Shown in pieces: positions 40,408-51,248 of a DNA stretch of 64,000 nt. The notes under the pieces were generated by a model that saw only the letters and a list, made by a program, of their open reading frames with translations, searched no databases and was not told where the DNA came from. Source of the stretch: Gammaproteobacteria bacterium (GTDB lineage Bacteria > Pseudomonadota > Gammaproteobacteria > UBA4575); contig CBDCTA010000018.1 of NCBI GenBank assembly GCA_965221955.1, positions 160,001 to 224,000 of the forward strand, given 5' to 3'. A program made the position numbers and the translations under genes. Every line of letters begins with the position of its first letter. Within the stretch, counting starts at the first letter, position 1.

Positions 40408-40547
40408 TAAATAGTAAAAAGCAGACATATATAAGTGTTAAAGTACTAAATAGCTTCTAAACGATAATATATGCAGGAATTGTGCAGGAACATAAGTTTC
40501 CACACCCTAAAAATTAGTCTAATAATTATATAACTTATTGATTATTA

Positions 40548-40624
40548 TGGTGGCTATGGTTGGACTTGAACCAACGACCCCAGCATTATGAATGCTGTGC
40601 TCTAACCAGCTGAGCTACATAGCC
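40548..40624 (-). tRNA. tRNA-Met (CAT), elongator type
   Basis: GGCTATGTAGCTCAGCTGGTTAGAGCACAGCATTCATAATGCTGGGGTCGTTGGTTCAAGTCCAACCATAGCCACCA. Confidence 0.96.
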
Positions 40625-40691
40625 ATACATTAAGAACCGGATGGCGGACCTTATAAAACGACCCGCAAACTGTCAATTCTACCCAAAAGCT

Positions 40692-41783
40692 CTATACATT
40701 AAACCTAAAATGAACTACATCCGCTTCCTGCATCACATAATCTTTGCCCTCTAGTCGCCATTTGCCGACTTCTTTGGCACCTGCTTCTCCACCAGCGTCT
40801 ACATAATCCTGATATGCCACAACTTCAGCGCGTATAAATCCTTTTTCAAAGTCGGTGTGAATTTTACCAGCTGCTTGCGGCGCCGTAGCACCTTTTGAAA
40901 CCGTCCACGCACGCGCCTCTTTCGGCCCTGCAGTAAAAAAGGTTTGTAATCCCAATAATTCATAGCCGGCACGAATGACCCGATTCAATCCAGGCTCTTC
41001 TAAACCTAATTCGGCTAAATACTCTTTTTGTTCAGCATTATCCAATTGTGCAAGTTCTGCTTCAATTTGCGCGCAAACTGGAATGACTTGAACTGATCTC
41101 TTGCTAGCAAGCTCTTGTAATTTTGCAAGATGTTTATTATTTTCAAATCCATCTTCTGCAACATTTGCAATATAAAACGCAGGTTTAGCGGTTATTAAAT
41201 GCAGCTCGCGTAGTAGTGGTGCTTGTTCTTTACTAATTTCAAAACTAAATGCAACTTCTTCGTTTTCTAAATGCGCCTTTAACTTTTTATATAACTCTAC
41301 TTGTGCAATTGCCTCTTTATTTCCAGATTTTGCAACACGCTCTACTCTTGCAATGGCTTTTTCAACCGATTCTAAGTCAGCCAAAATAAGTTCTGTATAT
41401 ATCGTTTCAAGATCAGACAGTGGATCGATCTTTCCATCTACATGAATGATATTTTCGTCATCAAAACAACGTACTACATGCGCGATAGCATCCGTTTCAC
41501 GTATATGTCCTAAAAACTGGTTACCTAAACCTTCGCCTTTTGATGCACCAGCCACTAAACCTGCAATGTCTACGAACTCTATTGTTGTAGGGATAACCTC
41601 AGCAGAATTTGCGATTTTTGCTAATGTATCTAAACGCGGATCAGGAACAGGTACGATTCCCACATTAGGATCGATGGTGCAGAACGGGTAATTTTCTGCT
41701 GCGATTTCAGTTGCAGTTAATGCGTTAAATAAAGTCGATTTTCCAACGTTGGGTAAACCTACAATGCCACATTTAAACCCCAT
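40692..41783 (-). CDS. ychF: Redox-regulated ATPase YchF
   Basis: [43 protein letters not shown]. Confidence 0.98.
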   Translation of the reverse strand: MGFKCGIVGLPNVGKSTLFNALTATEIAAENYPFCTIDPNVGIVPVPDPRLDTLAKIANSAEVIPTTIEFVDIAGLVAGASKGEGLGNQFLGHIRETDAIAHVVRCFDDENIIHVDGKIDPLSDLETIYTELILADLESVEKAIARVERVAKSGNKEAIAQVELYKKLKAHLENEEVAFSFEISKEQAPLLRELHLITAKPAFYIANVAEDGFENNKHLAKLQELASKRSVQVIPVCAQIEAELAQLDNAEQKEYLAELGLEEPGLNRVIRAGYELLGLQTFFTAGPKEARAWTVSKGATAPQAAGKIHTDFEKGFIRAEVVAYQDYVDAGGEAGAKEVGKWRLEGKDYVMQEADVVHFRFNV

Positions 41784-41787
41784 TGCA

Positions 41788-42372
41788 TCAACCTTTTGTA
41801 TGCAGCTTCTTCATAGCAGATTCTAAGTTGCCTTCTACACATTCTTCTATACAGTTCATGGCATCAATGATCGCATTATCAATTTCAGCACGATCTTGTT
41901 GATTCACTCTTTTAAGCACGTAATTAACAACTTGGTCTTTATGCCCAGGATGCCCAACACCAATACGTAGGCGCCAAAAGTTTTTATTTATATGTGAAAA
42001 TATGCTGCGCAGACCATTGTGCCCTCCATGGCCACCCGACCATTTGATTTTGATTTCACCATTGGGAAGATCAATTTCGTCATGTGCAACTAATATTTGT
42101 TCGCTGGGAATTTTATAAAAATCACAAAATGGACGTAGCGACTCACCACTATCATTCATATAGGTCTGAGGTTTCAATAACCAGATTTTTTCACCCTGAC
42201 AAGTGAAATGCGCAACTTCACCTTTAAATTTAGCTTCGTGTTTAAATGTTGCGTGTTCTCTTTGAGCGAGTGTATCCACAAACCAAAACCCGGCGTTATG
42301 CCGGGTTTGTTCGTGTTTTTCACCTGGATTGCCTAGACCGACAATCAGGCGTATGCCTTTATGATTAGACAC
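41788..42372 (-). CDS. pth: Peptidyl-tRNA hydrolase
   Basis: [34 protein letters not shown]. Confidence 0.98.
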   Translation of the reverse strand: MSNHKGIRLIVGLGNPGEKHEQTRHNAGFWFVDTLAQREHATFKHEAKFKGEVAHFTCQGEKIWLLKPQTYMNDSGESLRPFCDFYKIPSEQILVAHDEIDLPNGEIKIKWSGGHGGHNGLRSIFSHINKNFWRLRIGVGHPGHKDQVVNYVLKRVNQQDRAEIDNAIIDAMNCIEECVEGNLESAMKKLHTKG

Positions 42373-42400
42373 CTAGGACATTAAAAAATAGGGGGATAAA

Positions 42401-43108
42401 TTACGAATCATCTCCTGATGATTTATCTTCAGCTTTATCGTCACCTTCTGCTTTAGTCTCTGCTTCGCCCTCTGCAGCTTCTTCACCTTCCGCAGCAGCA
42501 ACAGGCTCTTCTTCTTCAACCGCACGTTTAACATGCACAGAAACTACAACATGGTCATGACCTTCACCATGAGATAGTTCAACGATGGTTACACCTTCTG
42601 GTACTTTAACATCGCTTAAGTGAAGTGCTTCATTTAATTTTAGATCAGCAGTATCAACCTCGATAAATTCTGGTAAATCTTTTGGTAAACATGATATTTC
42701 AATCTCAACAATGTTGTGACTGATCGCACCACCTTCCATTTTCACACCGTGACAAGTGTCTTCATTTAAGAAGTGTAATGGCACGTGAACATTAATTGCA
42801 GTGTCTTCACGAACACGCAATAAATCCATATGCAAAACAGATGGCTTATAAGGGTGGCGCTGTAAGTCACGTAAAATTGCGCGCTGCGACTTACCTTCAA
42901 CATCTACATTTAAAATATGAGAATAAAATGCCTCTTGCTCCAAGCTGTGCATTAACGAGTCATGATCAAATGTAACCGAAACTGGATCTTCGCCACCGCC
43001 ATAAATAACAGCGGGCACTTTGCCCATACGGCGTAGTCGGCGACTTGCGCCCTTGCCTAACTGCGACCCGTCTCGCACTTCTGCATTTAATGTAAAATCG
43101 ACACTCAT
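42401..43108 (-). CDS. rplY: 50S ribosomal protein L25/Ctc
   Basis: [27 protein letters not shown], acidic tail; start 43108 (or 43114). Confidence 0.97.
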   Translation of the reverse strand: MSVDFTLNAEVRDGSQLGKGASRRLRRMGKVPAVIYGGGEDPVSVTFDHDSLMHSLEQEAFYSHILNVDVEGKSQRAILRDLQRHPYKPSVLHMDLLRVREDTAINVHVPLHFLNEDTCHGVKMEGGAISHNIVEIEISCLPKDLPEFIEVDTADLKLNEALHLSDVKVPEGVTIVELSHGEGHDHVVVSVHVKRAVEEEEPVAAAEGEEAAEGEAETKAEGDDKAEDKSSGDDS

Positions 43109-43169
43109 ATTCATCTACTCCAAACTTTCCCTAATTCTGTGCTATTTGCTACCCCTTAGCCCATATACC

Positions 43170-44144
43170 TTAATCCATATATAGGGTGCTCACAGATTCT
43201 TCTTGATTGATTCGACGCATGGATTCAGCCACCAAACCCGAGACTTCCACTTGACGGATCCGAGTGCAGTGTGCGGCTTCTTCGTGGAGCGGGATTGTAT
43301 CAGTTACCACCAATTCATCCAGCACAGAATTCTCAATATTTTCTACCGCCTTACCTGAAAGTACAGGGTGAGTGGCATAGGCTCTAACACTCTTTGCCCC
43401 ATGCTCTTTAAGCGCTCTAGCAGCTGCACATAAGGTACCCGCCGTATCGACTAAGTCATCAATGATGTAGCAGGATTTACCCTCAACCTCACCGATGATA
43501 TGCATGACTTCTGACTTATTCGCCTCAGGACGACGTTTATCGATAATCGCAAGATCTGCATCGTCTAATCGTTTTGCCAATGCACGAGCACGTACTACAC
43601 CACCCACATCCGGGGACACCACAATTAAGTCAGGGTCTTTACGTTTATACACATCACCCAACAAAATGGGTGAGGCGTAGATATTGTCAACAGGAATATC
43701 AAAAAAGCCTTGGATTTGATCAGCATGCAAATCAACCGTCAGCACGCGATCCGCTCCTGCAACCTGCAGCAGGTTGGCTATCACTTTGGCGGAGATGGGT
43801 ACTCTAATTGAGCGCACTCGACGATCTTGTCGCGAATAACCAAAATAAGGCATAACGGCTGTAATACGCTCCGCAGAAGAACGTTTTAACGCATCGATCA
43901 TAATCAACAATTCCATGACATTGTCATTAGTAGGCATACATGTAGGCTGCACCACAAAAACATCTTTGCCGCGTACATTTTCTTGAATCTCTACTTGCAC
44001 TTCGCCATCACTAAATTGACTAATAAATGCTTTACCAATTGGAATGTTTAAGTCATCGCAAATATTTTGCGCAAGTGTTGGATGCGCATTTCCAGAAAAC
44101 ACCATTAAGTTACTATCAGCAGGTAAGGTTCTTTGACCAATCAT
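43170..44144 (-). CDS. prs: Ribose-phosphate pyrophosphokinase
   Basis: [36 protein letters not shown]. Confidence 0.98.
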   Translation of the reverse strand: MIGQRTLPADSNLMVFSGNAHPTLAQNICDDLNIPIGKAFISQFSDGEVQVEIQENVRGKDVFVVQPTCMPTNDNVMELLIMIDALKRSSAERITAVMPYFGYSRQDRRVRSIRVPISAKVIANLLQVAGADRVLTVDLHADQIQGFFDIPVDNIYASPILLGDVYKRKDPDLIVVSPDVGGVVRARALAKRLDDADLAIIDKRRPEANKSEVMHIIGEVEGKSCYIIDDLVDTAGTLCAAARALKEHGAKSVRAYATHPVLSGKAVENIENSVLDELVVTDTIPLHEEAAHCTRIRQVEVSGLVAESMRRINQEESVSTLYMD

Positions 44145-44445
44145 AGTGTGTGCTGCCTTAACATTAAAAAGTCGAAAAGATAATTAATAATTTGGCTGGG
44201 CCGGCATGCCTCATGCTATACCGGGACCTAGCTTTTTCAATTAGTTATCGGAAGCTCCAAGTCTGTTAACTGCTTCCTGATCCCATAAGTGTATTTTAAG
44301 TATTGTTAATAAAGTTGTGTATAGTATATCAGCGCTATTCTTTATTAAAACCAAACATTAAAAATTAAGCTAAATTCATTTCATTAGTAGTACCAAAAAT
44401 TGAAGAAATATTTTTCAGAAAAAGACTAGTGAACTATGAGATAAA

Positions 44446-45579
44446 TTATTGGAAAGGCTCACCAGCTTTTTCAAGCACTGCTTTTACAGCATCTACTATT
44501 TGTTCACAGTATCTTGAATTTAGATGAAAATATGTTGGCAGTAAACCTTCGCCTTCATACCGAAAAGTAATTGGTTTATCCGTTGTCCTATACTCTTGTA
44601 ATGTTACGCAATGAGGATCAATGTCTGGTTGTGTAGTATTTACACGAATGTGGGTAGCAAAGTGTGAAGCATTCATGTCTGGTATTTCGGCTAAAACTTC
44701 TTCCTTACTTGGTTGTGGCGAGTTATTCCAATTATGATCAACAGGCGGAATTAAATAGACTGCAGAGCGCTTATATTCTGCATCTGCATTTGGAGTTGCT
44801 GGAGGATCAGAGAAATCAAGTATCCTAATTACTAAGAAATCATTCCAATAATCTACTTTCTTAAAAATTGGTACTAATCCAATACCTTCTTCTGGTCTAT
44901 AAACATGATTAACATAAAGAATGTCAGTAATTTTTGTAATACGATTATTTTGCCTTATTGCTAATTCATATCCACCGCCAAATGCAAGCTGAGGTCCAAT
45001 GCCACTAATATCATAAAACCACATTCTTGCAGCAGTGGTAATTAAACGACTATACGACTTATTCCATTTATCCTCAGAAGTAAAACTAGATTCTATTTCT
45101 AATGTCTCCATTATAAAATCTTCTCCAGTTCCAGCAGCTACAGCATTTTCACCCCAAGGTGTAATGAATTTTTTTGAAGCACTTCCGAAATGTTTCAAGC
45201 TCCACCTATCATCATTTGCAATAACAGCAATTAATGAAACATCTTTTAAACCAAGATTATCAACACAAAGTAGTACAGAACTTAACTGCTCAAAATCTGT
45301 AGGATCAATTTCATTGTATTTTTTGCGAATAGCTTTAATTGCAGTTTTCGCTTCAATCAAACTTCCTGCCCATCCGATCATCATATGTGGGCCAATACTA
45401 TTTAGCTTCTGCTGGAAATCAGTAAAGTAGTGTGTATCCCATCTTATTGGTGTATCTACCGATTGTTGTCCTGAGACAGGTAAAGTTACATTTTTATTTG
45501 GTGGAATAGTTGAAGAGATCATAATATCCCCTAGAAGACAGGGAATATCATTATCAAGATAACCAACCACTACTGTCAT
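44446..45579 (-). CDS. Putative Ntn-hydrolase, proteasome-beta/HslV-like fold with C-terminal extension
   Basis: After Met removal: Thr1, Gly5, Asp17; QKL..I...MMIGWAGS; AAGTG; FGGG. Confidence 0.6.
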   Translation of the reverse strand: MTVVVGYLDNDIPCLLGDIMISSTIPPNKNVTLPVSGQQSVDTPIRWDTHYFTDFQQKLNSIGPHMMIGWAGSLIEAKTAIKAIRKKYNEIDPTDFEQLSSVLLCVDNLGLKDVSLIAVIANDDRWSLKHFGSASKKFITPWGENAVAAGTGEDFIMETLEIESSFTSEDKWNKSYSRLITTAARMWFYDISGIGPQLAFGGGYELAIRQNNRITKITDILYVNHVYRPEEGIGLVPIFKKVDYWNDFLVIRILDFSDPPATPNADAEYKRSAVYLIPPVDHNWNNSPQPSKEEVLAEIPDMNASHFATHIRVNTTQPDIDPHCVTLQEYRTTDKPITFRYEGEGLLPTYFHLNSRYCEQIVDAVKAVLEKAGEPFQ

Positions 45580-45601
45580 TTATATTAGAAGCCCTACTAA
45601 T

Positions 45602-46147
45602 CTAGCCAATTTTTATATCCCAACCAAACTCATAAACAGGATTATCGTTTTCATGAACACTTACAATCATTTGTCTTTTGAATTTTCCAGTTCCTTCATC
45701 AGCTTCCATTGCTGATGTTGTTTGTTTTACATCGAATTTTGGAAATCTATCTAGCATATTTAAATTAGACAGTTCTCTAAATATAGCTTCAAGACATAAA
45801 TCTAATTCGTCCCATGTAAATGTTTCTGATATTTCATGACCTACATCATTTCTTCGATCTCTCCATTTATCAATATCATCATAATCTTTTAGCAGGCTTT
45901 GATTATTTAATTCTTGAAGTCGATGAAATAATTTTGGGTTAGGATTTTCAATTGTTATGTTTTGATTTTTTATGTATTCAACCAATACTTTATCTAAAAA
46001 CGAAACACTTCTAATTAAAAGTCCAGATACAATTGCACTATCAAGTTCCGCGATTCTCATTCCATGGTTGTTATGCCCTATCCAGTAATAATTGCGGGCT
46101 ATAACCACATCTATTAGTAAATTGTTCCATTCTTTAGGAATATTCAT
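45602..46147 (-). CDS. Putative HEPN-domain protein
   Basis: Helical pattern with IDKWRDRRNDVGHE (R-x4-H) and upstream LIRSVSFLDKVL helix. Confidence 0.62.
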   Translation of the reverse strand: MNIPKEWNNLLIDVVIARNYYWIGHNNHGMRIAELDSAIVSGLLIRSVSFLDKVLVEYIKNQNITIENPNPKLFHRLQELNNQSLLKDYDDIDKWRDRRNDVGHEISETFTWDELDLCLEAIFRELSNLNMLDRFPKFDVKQTTSAMEADEGTGKFKRQMIVSVHENDNPVYEFGWDIKIG

Positions 46148-46252
46148 GCAGAATTTATGGAGTCTGCAGGGTGGGTATCACTGAATCCTGCGTTTCTTGC
46201 AGACTTCACTGTGGATAAGTCTAAAATCTTCAATAAAATCAATGAGTTATAG

Positions 46253-46327
46253 TGGCTGGGCCGGCAGGATTCGAACCTGCGAATGCCGGGATCAAAACCC
46301 GGTGCCTTACCACTTGGCGACGGCCCA
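46253..46327 (-). tRNA. tRNA-Gln (TTG)
   Basis: TGGGCCGTCGCCAAGTGGTAAGGCACCGGGTTTTGATCCCGGCATTCGCAGGTTCGAATCCTGCCGGCCCAGCCA. Confidence 0.97.
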
Positions 46328-46381
46328 ACGATTTGTTGCCCACAGAAATTTCCAAGGAGAAAATTTCTAAAAAGAAAAATC

Positions 46382-47251
46382 CTATGCGCAATTATACTCA
46401 CTTGGCAAAAAAGCAGGCGACTGATTTAAGCCTTTTACAACATAAGCCGCAAACTCTTTTGTACATTCTTTAGCGATATTGTCTGCTTGCTGTTTTGATG
46501 AACAACGTGCAAATAATGCACTCCCCGATCCTGTCAAACGCGGCGAAGCATACTGCATTAGCCATTGAAATGCTCGTTCCACTTCTGGCTGGCGACGCGC
46601 GATAGGCTCAAATACATTCTGAGTTTGATCCAAATCGGATAGCTTCTCACCTCTTAACGGCAAGAAGTCGCGTATTTTGAGCGGCGCGCAATTACGTGTC
46701 AAATCTGGATCAGCAAACATTTGCTGAGTATTCAAATGTACATTTGGATACACCACAATAAACCAAGATTCTTCTGTAGAAGCCGGTGTAAGCTGCTCGC
46801 CTATGCCTTCCACCCAACAAGACTGCCCGCGTATAAATACAGGCACATCCGCACCTAAGCACTCACCTATTTGCTCAAGCTCTGCTTGCTCTAGCCCACA
46901 ATTCCACATTTTATTAAGTGCCAATAAAGTAGTCGCAGCGTCTGAGCTACCCCCTCCCAATCCTGCACCGAGAGGAATGTTTTTCCTCACTTGTATCTCT
47001 ACACCTTGTTTTACTTCTAACTGATCTTGTAGCAGTAATGCTGCTTTTACACATAAATCATCTTGTGGCTGAATCGTTGCATTAGAGTTTTCACAACTTA
47101 TATTGGAATCCGAACGCAAACAAAACGTGAGCTGATCACATAGGTCTATCAGCTGAATTACACTTTGCAATAAATGGTAACCATCCTCTCGCTGCCCAAC
47201 GATGTGCAAAAAAAGATTTAACTTTGCAGGTGCAAGCCAGGTTTGCATCAC
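46382..47251 (-). CDS. ispE: 4-diphosphocytidyl-2-C-methyl-D-erythritol kinase
   Basis: APAKLNLFLHI, DGYHLLQS, GAGLGGGSSDAA, GADVP, LTGSGS. Confidence 0.97.
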   Translation of the reverse strand: MMQTWLAPAKLNLFLHIVGQREDGYHLLQSVIQLIDLCDQLTFCLRSDSNISCENSNATIQPQDDLCVKAALLLQDQLEVKQGVEIQVRKNIPLGAGLGGGSSDAATTLLALNKMWNCGLEQAELEQIGECLGADVPVFIRGQSCWVEGIGEQLTPASTEESWFIVVYPNVHLNTQQMFADPDLTRNCAPLKIRDFLPLRGEKLSDLDQTQNVFEPIARRQPEVERAFQWLMQYASPRLTGSGSALFARCSSKQQADNIAKECTKEFAAYVVKGLNQSPAFLPSEYNCA

Positions 47252-47283
47252 AACATCAACTTTTCAAACTTATAGATTTAAAC

Positions 47284-47925
47284 TTATTGATCAAGAGCCC
47301 AACGATCGATCTTTATGTTGGCATGTAGACTCGGATTCGAAATCTGCATCAGTGCCGGCAAAGATGGTGTACTTTCATGATAACGTTTGTAGTCAATTAA
47401 CCACCCTGCCTGATTAAGCTGCATTAAACGCCCCTGCTCATCCAGCTCTAAAGACACGTGTGGTTGTTTGGGGTCAGGAATTCCCAACAACCAATGCCGC
47501 AAACCGTTCACCGGTAATGAATACCCAAACAAAGTTTGCATTAACTCTTCTGGGTCAGTGGCCTCAAAACTTTCGCCCTTAGAAGTTTTTAATTGCACAT
47601 TGCCTTGCCTACCGGTAATAACTGCGACTTTGCGGCCCAACGGTCCATGCAAATCGATTACAAATTGTTGTTGCTGTTGCATCCAACTGACTCCAGCACG
47701 AAAACCTTCATCATTAGACTTTCCTGCCACGCGCCCTTTTAATTTCCAAGTTTGTAAAGTTTGAATATTGGCTTTGTGTGTTTCCCAAAGCGCTTGCTTG
47801 TTAATTTCTGAATCTGCAGGAAGTGGATGCTTTTCAACTGTGACACAGGCGCTGAGCATGAGTAGCAGAAAAAAAAGAAATCCCATTTTGCAAAATGCAT
47901 ATGGGTAAAGTGCGGAACACTTCAT
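47284..47925 (-). CDS. lolB: Outer-membrane lipoprotein insertion protein LolB
   Basis: Lipobox LSAC, LHGPLG, LPVNGLRHWLLGIP, QAGWLIDY; position upstream of ispE. Confidence 0.92.
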   Translation of the reverse strand: MKCSALYPYAFCKMGFLFFLLLMLSACVTVEKHPLPADSEINKQALWETHKANIQTLQTWKLKGRVAGKSNDEGFRAGVSWMQQQQQFVIDLHGPLGRKVAVITGRQGNVQLKTSKGESFEATDPEELMQTLFGYSLPVNGLRHWLLGIPDPKQPHVSLELDEQGRLMQLNQAGWLIDYKRYHESTPSLPALMQISNPSLHANIKIDRWALDQ

Positions 47926-49748
47926 TACTGAAGTCTTTGTTTTAACTCTAGTATGTACTCGTCATCAGGATAGCGCTCTAGCATGTCATCCATGACTTTT
48001 TTCGCTTCGTCATAATTGCCTTGTGCCCATAATAATTCTACAAGATGGCCTGCAATTTCAGCGTCTTCTAACAAGCCAAAAGCTTTACGTAGATAGGTTT
48101 CGGCTTCAGCCAAGTTGCCAAGACGAAACTGCACCCAACCCATACTATCAATCACAGCAGGATCATCCGGGCGAATTTCTAGCGCTTTTTTAATATAACC
48201 AAGTGCTTCATTGATTCTAAAATTATGATCTGCCAGAGTGTAGCCCAAAGCATTTAATGCCGATGCATTTTCAGGGTCTTCATTAAGTATAGCTTTTAAA
48301 TCTTGCTCCAATAAATCAATACGATCAATTTCCTCTGCCATCAAGGCACGCGCATAGAGCAAATCACTATGGCCAGGAAATTCTTGTAAGCCTTCACTGT
48401 ATAAATCCATTGCTGCAACGTATAACTTTTCATCATGCAACAACTGCCCTTCAATCAAATACACTTCAACAATCGCTTCAGGTGCACTCAGCGAGCGTCG
48501 TAAATCTTTTAAATAATTTTGAGCTTTAGTGATATTGTCTCGCACTGCATAAATCGACGCGATCCTAGCTTTTGCATCAATGTAATATTGACCTTGAGGA
48601 ACTTTTTCAAATTCTGCAATGGCTTCTACATATTTTTTTTGCTCTTCGTTTGCACGACCAATGTAATAATGCGCTTCATCCGTGCGCTGCTTACGTTCAA
48701 CTAATCTTTGGAATTTAAGTTTTGCTTTAGCGTAATCTTCTTTTTGCAAATATAGTAAACCTAAGCGATAAATGAGCTCGGCATCGTTTGGATTTTCTCG
48801 CAATAACAATTCAAATTCGTCTATCGCTTCATCGTAACGCTCAGCATTGATCAACATTCGTGAATACGCCATGCGCATTTCACGATTACCTGGCTTTTCT
48901 TCAACGATGTGCTTCATTTCTGACAAGGCTTTGTCAGTTTCATCAAGATTCATCAACGCTTGCGCACGCATTGCACGCGCTTCAATTAAATCCGGTTTAA
49001 AACCTAATGCAATTTCACTTTCGTCTATAGTGCGTTGAAAATCTTGTGCCTGAAAAGCAAGGCTTGCCATTGTTAAGTGACCATAAGGATTTTCAAAATG
49101 TTTATTAACTAATATCTCAAGCAGTCTAAGTGAAGATTCTGAGTCAGGTTCACGCGCCAACACCGCGCCGATGATACTGAAACCTTTGGCTGGTGAATCA
49201 TCAGCAGCCAACATAATTTTTTCAAAATGTGGAACAGCTCCATCGACATTGCCATTACGAAGCTCCATCACACCAAGAATTTGGCTGATCTCTAAATTAT
49301 CACCTACCAATTCTTGCCATCGAGACGCAGCTTGCAATCCAGATGCCCAGTCTTTGGCAAACATCGCGATACGCGTAGCACGCTCAGCCACCGCAGGGTC
49401 ATCTGTTAGTTGTGCAGCATTTACATAATGCGCTAATGCTTGCTCGACATCGCCAAATTGACCGGATAGCTCACCGACCAGTACCTCATACATGAGATCA
49501 GATTGGGCATCGTATTTTTCGGTCTGAGGTTCACGGATTTGGATGGCCTGATCAGGGTCCGCAGTGGATCTACTTTGCATACTGGCGCAGCTGGCTAGCA
49601 AAATAGCCAAAATAGCTGCTAAAGACAGCCTAAGTGGGTAGGGAATCCGTGGAATTGTGGCGTTGATCTTCAATATACTATGTTGTGTTATTAGCTCGAT
49701 TAAACTATACCTAATTTTACTGCAGTTATCTGAGCAATTGGTACGCAT
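47925..49748 (-). CDS. Tetratricopeptide repeat lipoprotein (start uncertain)
   Basis: TPR repeats, ALNALGYTLAD, IDSMGWVQFRLG; usual position between hemA and lolB. Confidence 0.88.
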   Translation of the reverse strand: MRTNCSDNCSKIRYSLIELITQHSILKINATIPRIPYPLRLSLAAILAILLASCASMQSRSTADPDQAIQIREPQTEKYDAQSDLMYEVLVGELSGQFGDVEQALAHYVNAAQLTDDPAVAERATRIAMFAKDWASGLQAASRWQELVGDNLEISQILGVMELRNGNVDGAVPHFEKIMLAADDSPAKGFSIIGAVLAREPDSESSLRLLEILVNKHFENPYGHLTMASLAFQAQDFQRTIDESEIALGFKPDLIEARAMRAQALMNLDETDKALSEMKHIVEEKPGNREMRMAYSRMLINAERYDEAIDEFELLLRENPNDAELIYRLGLLYLQKEDYAKAKLKFQRLVERKQRTDEAHYYIGRANEEQKKYVEAIAEFEKVPQGQYYIDAKARIASIYAVRDNITKAQNYLKDLRRSLSAPEAIVEVYLIEGQLLHDEKLYVAAMDLYSEGLQEFPGHSDLLYARALMAEEIDRIDLLEQDLKAILNEDPENASALNALGYTLADHNFRINEALGYIKKALEIRPDDPAVIDSMGWVQFRLGNLAEAETYLRKAFGLLEDAEIAGHLVELLWAQGNYDEAKKVMDDMLERYPDDEYILELKQRLQ

Positions 49749-49839
49749 TTTGACAGAAAATACGTGTACTTAGGCAATATTGGCTAAGCTTAGATACCCA
49801 CATTTTTACTCATATAAAACACGCAAACCTTACACATTC

Positions 49840-51105
49840 ATGTCCTTACTCACACTTGGCATCAACCATACTACCGCCCCAGTCGAGGTACGCGAGCGCG
49901 TAGCAATTGATGAACAAAATTTAGGACATGCACTAAAAAAATTAATCAACGTGCCACAAGTAGATGAGGCCGCCATTATTTCTACCTGTAATCGCACTGA
50001 ACTTTACTGTGAAGTCAACCATATTGACCAAGGAAAGAATGAAATTCTTAGTTGGTTAAATAGTTTTCACAATCTAAGCTCTGATGACACACAGCCTTAT
50101 ATCTATGACCATCTTGATCACTCCGTAGTTCGACATATTTTTCGTGTAGCGTGTGGACTTGATTCTATGGTATTGGGTGAACCACAAATTTTGGGACAGT
50201 TGAAATCCGCTTATCAAGATGCCGTACAAGCCGACACGTTAGGTAGAAATTTAAATCAACTGTTTCAACGCGCATTTAGTGTCGCAAAAAAAGTGCGCAC
50301 ACATACTGAAATCGGGGCAAACCCTGTTTCGGTTGCATCGGCTGCAGTTTCTTTGTCGAAAAAAATATTTGGAGACTTTCAAGATCATTCTGCATTGCTA
50401 TTGGGTGCAGGCGAAACCATAGAGCTTGCGGCTGAACATTTAAAAAGCGCCGGCATTGGCAACATCGTGGTGGCAAATCGTAGTGTAGAACGTGCACAAA
50501 ACATTGCCGATAAGGTCGGCGGTCATGGTGTAAGTTTAAGCTATGTTGGTGAAGCACTACCAAAATCAGAAATCGTCATTACTGCAACGGCAAGCACCTT
50601 GCCGATCTTAGGTAAAGGTTTAGTAGAAAGCGCATTAAAACAGCGCAAACACAAACCAATATTCATGGTCGACCTTGCCGTTCCAAGAGACATCGAACCT
50701 GAAGTAGCTAAATTATCTGATATTTATCTTTACACTATAGATGATTTACAAAACGTGATTGAGCATAATCTAAAATCCCGCAAAGAAGCGGCAGACGAAG
50801 CAGAAAGTATCATTGACCATGAAGTACAAGAGTTTGCACTGTGGTTACGTGGTCAGGGCGTAGTGGATACAGTACGTGCGTTTCGCACTAAAGCAGAGTT
50901 TCAGCGCGATACAGTATTAGAAAAAGCGCAGAAAATGCTCGAACAAGGCAAACCTGTGGACGAAGTTTTACAGTTTTTGGCTCACACACTCACCAACAAA
51001 CTTACTCATGAACCAACCGAAGCATTACATATGGCGGGCAAAGAAGGTAAAAATGAGTTGATTGATGCAGCAAGAATCCTGTTAAATATCCCTCCTAATG
51101 AATAA
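49840..51105 (+). CDS. hemA: Glutamyl-tRNA reductase
   Basis: GINHTTAPVEVRE, STCNRTE, GLDSMVLGEPQILGQ, DLAVPRDIE; start at MSLLTLG. Confidence 0.97.
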   Translation: MSLLTLGINHTTAPVEVRERVAIDEQNLGHALKKLINVPQVDEAAIISTCNRTELYCEVNHIDQGKNEILSWLNSFHNLSSDDTQPYIYDHLDHSVVRHIFRVACGLDSMVLGEPQILGQLKSAYQDAVQADTLGRNLNQLFQRAFSVAKKVRTHTEIGANPVSVASAAVSLSKKIFGDFQDHSALLLGAGETIELAAEHLKSAGIGNIVVANRSVERAQNIADKVGGHGVSLSYVGEALPKSEIVITATASTLPILGKGLVESALKQRKHKPIFMVDLAVPRDIEPEVAKLSDIYLYTIDDLQNVIEHNLKSRKEAADEAESIIDHEVQEFALWLRGQGVVDTVRAFRTKAEFQRDTVLEKAQKMLEQGKPVDEVLQFLAHTLTNKLTHEPTEALHMAGKEGKNELIDAARILLNIPPNE

Positions 51106-51248
51106 GCAGCAATCACAATCTCTAAATAGCGTGACCTCACGAGTCACCTGCACACTACAATTTCATTAGCTATTCAGCAATAGCCTTATCACTGTGTGCT
51201 CTTAGACAATAGGGCATACAAACAATTAATTATTTTCCTTAACAGCTA

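Larger units (their letters stand above)
44193..46266. mobile_element. ~2 kb genomic islet integrated at the tRNA-Gln 3' end, no integrase
   Basis: 14-bp direct repeat TGGCTGGGCCGGCA at 44193-44206 and 46253-46266; interrupts the usual ispE-tRNA-Gln-prs order; visibly AT-richer than flanks. Confidence 0.85.

Noticed and set aside
25150-40624. A single intact integrative element ending at tRNA-Met
   Set aside because: No integrase and no duplicated tRNA-Met 3' end found by eye, so boundaries cannot be supported.
46210-46218. Perfect DnaA box TGTGGATAA
   Set aside because: Single copy with no box cluster or origin-associated genes; a chance 9-mer is plausible.
46144-46473. ORFs 46144-46401 (-) and 46252-46473 (+)
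   Set aside because: They are translations through tRNA-Gln, not proteins.
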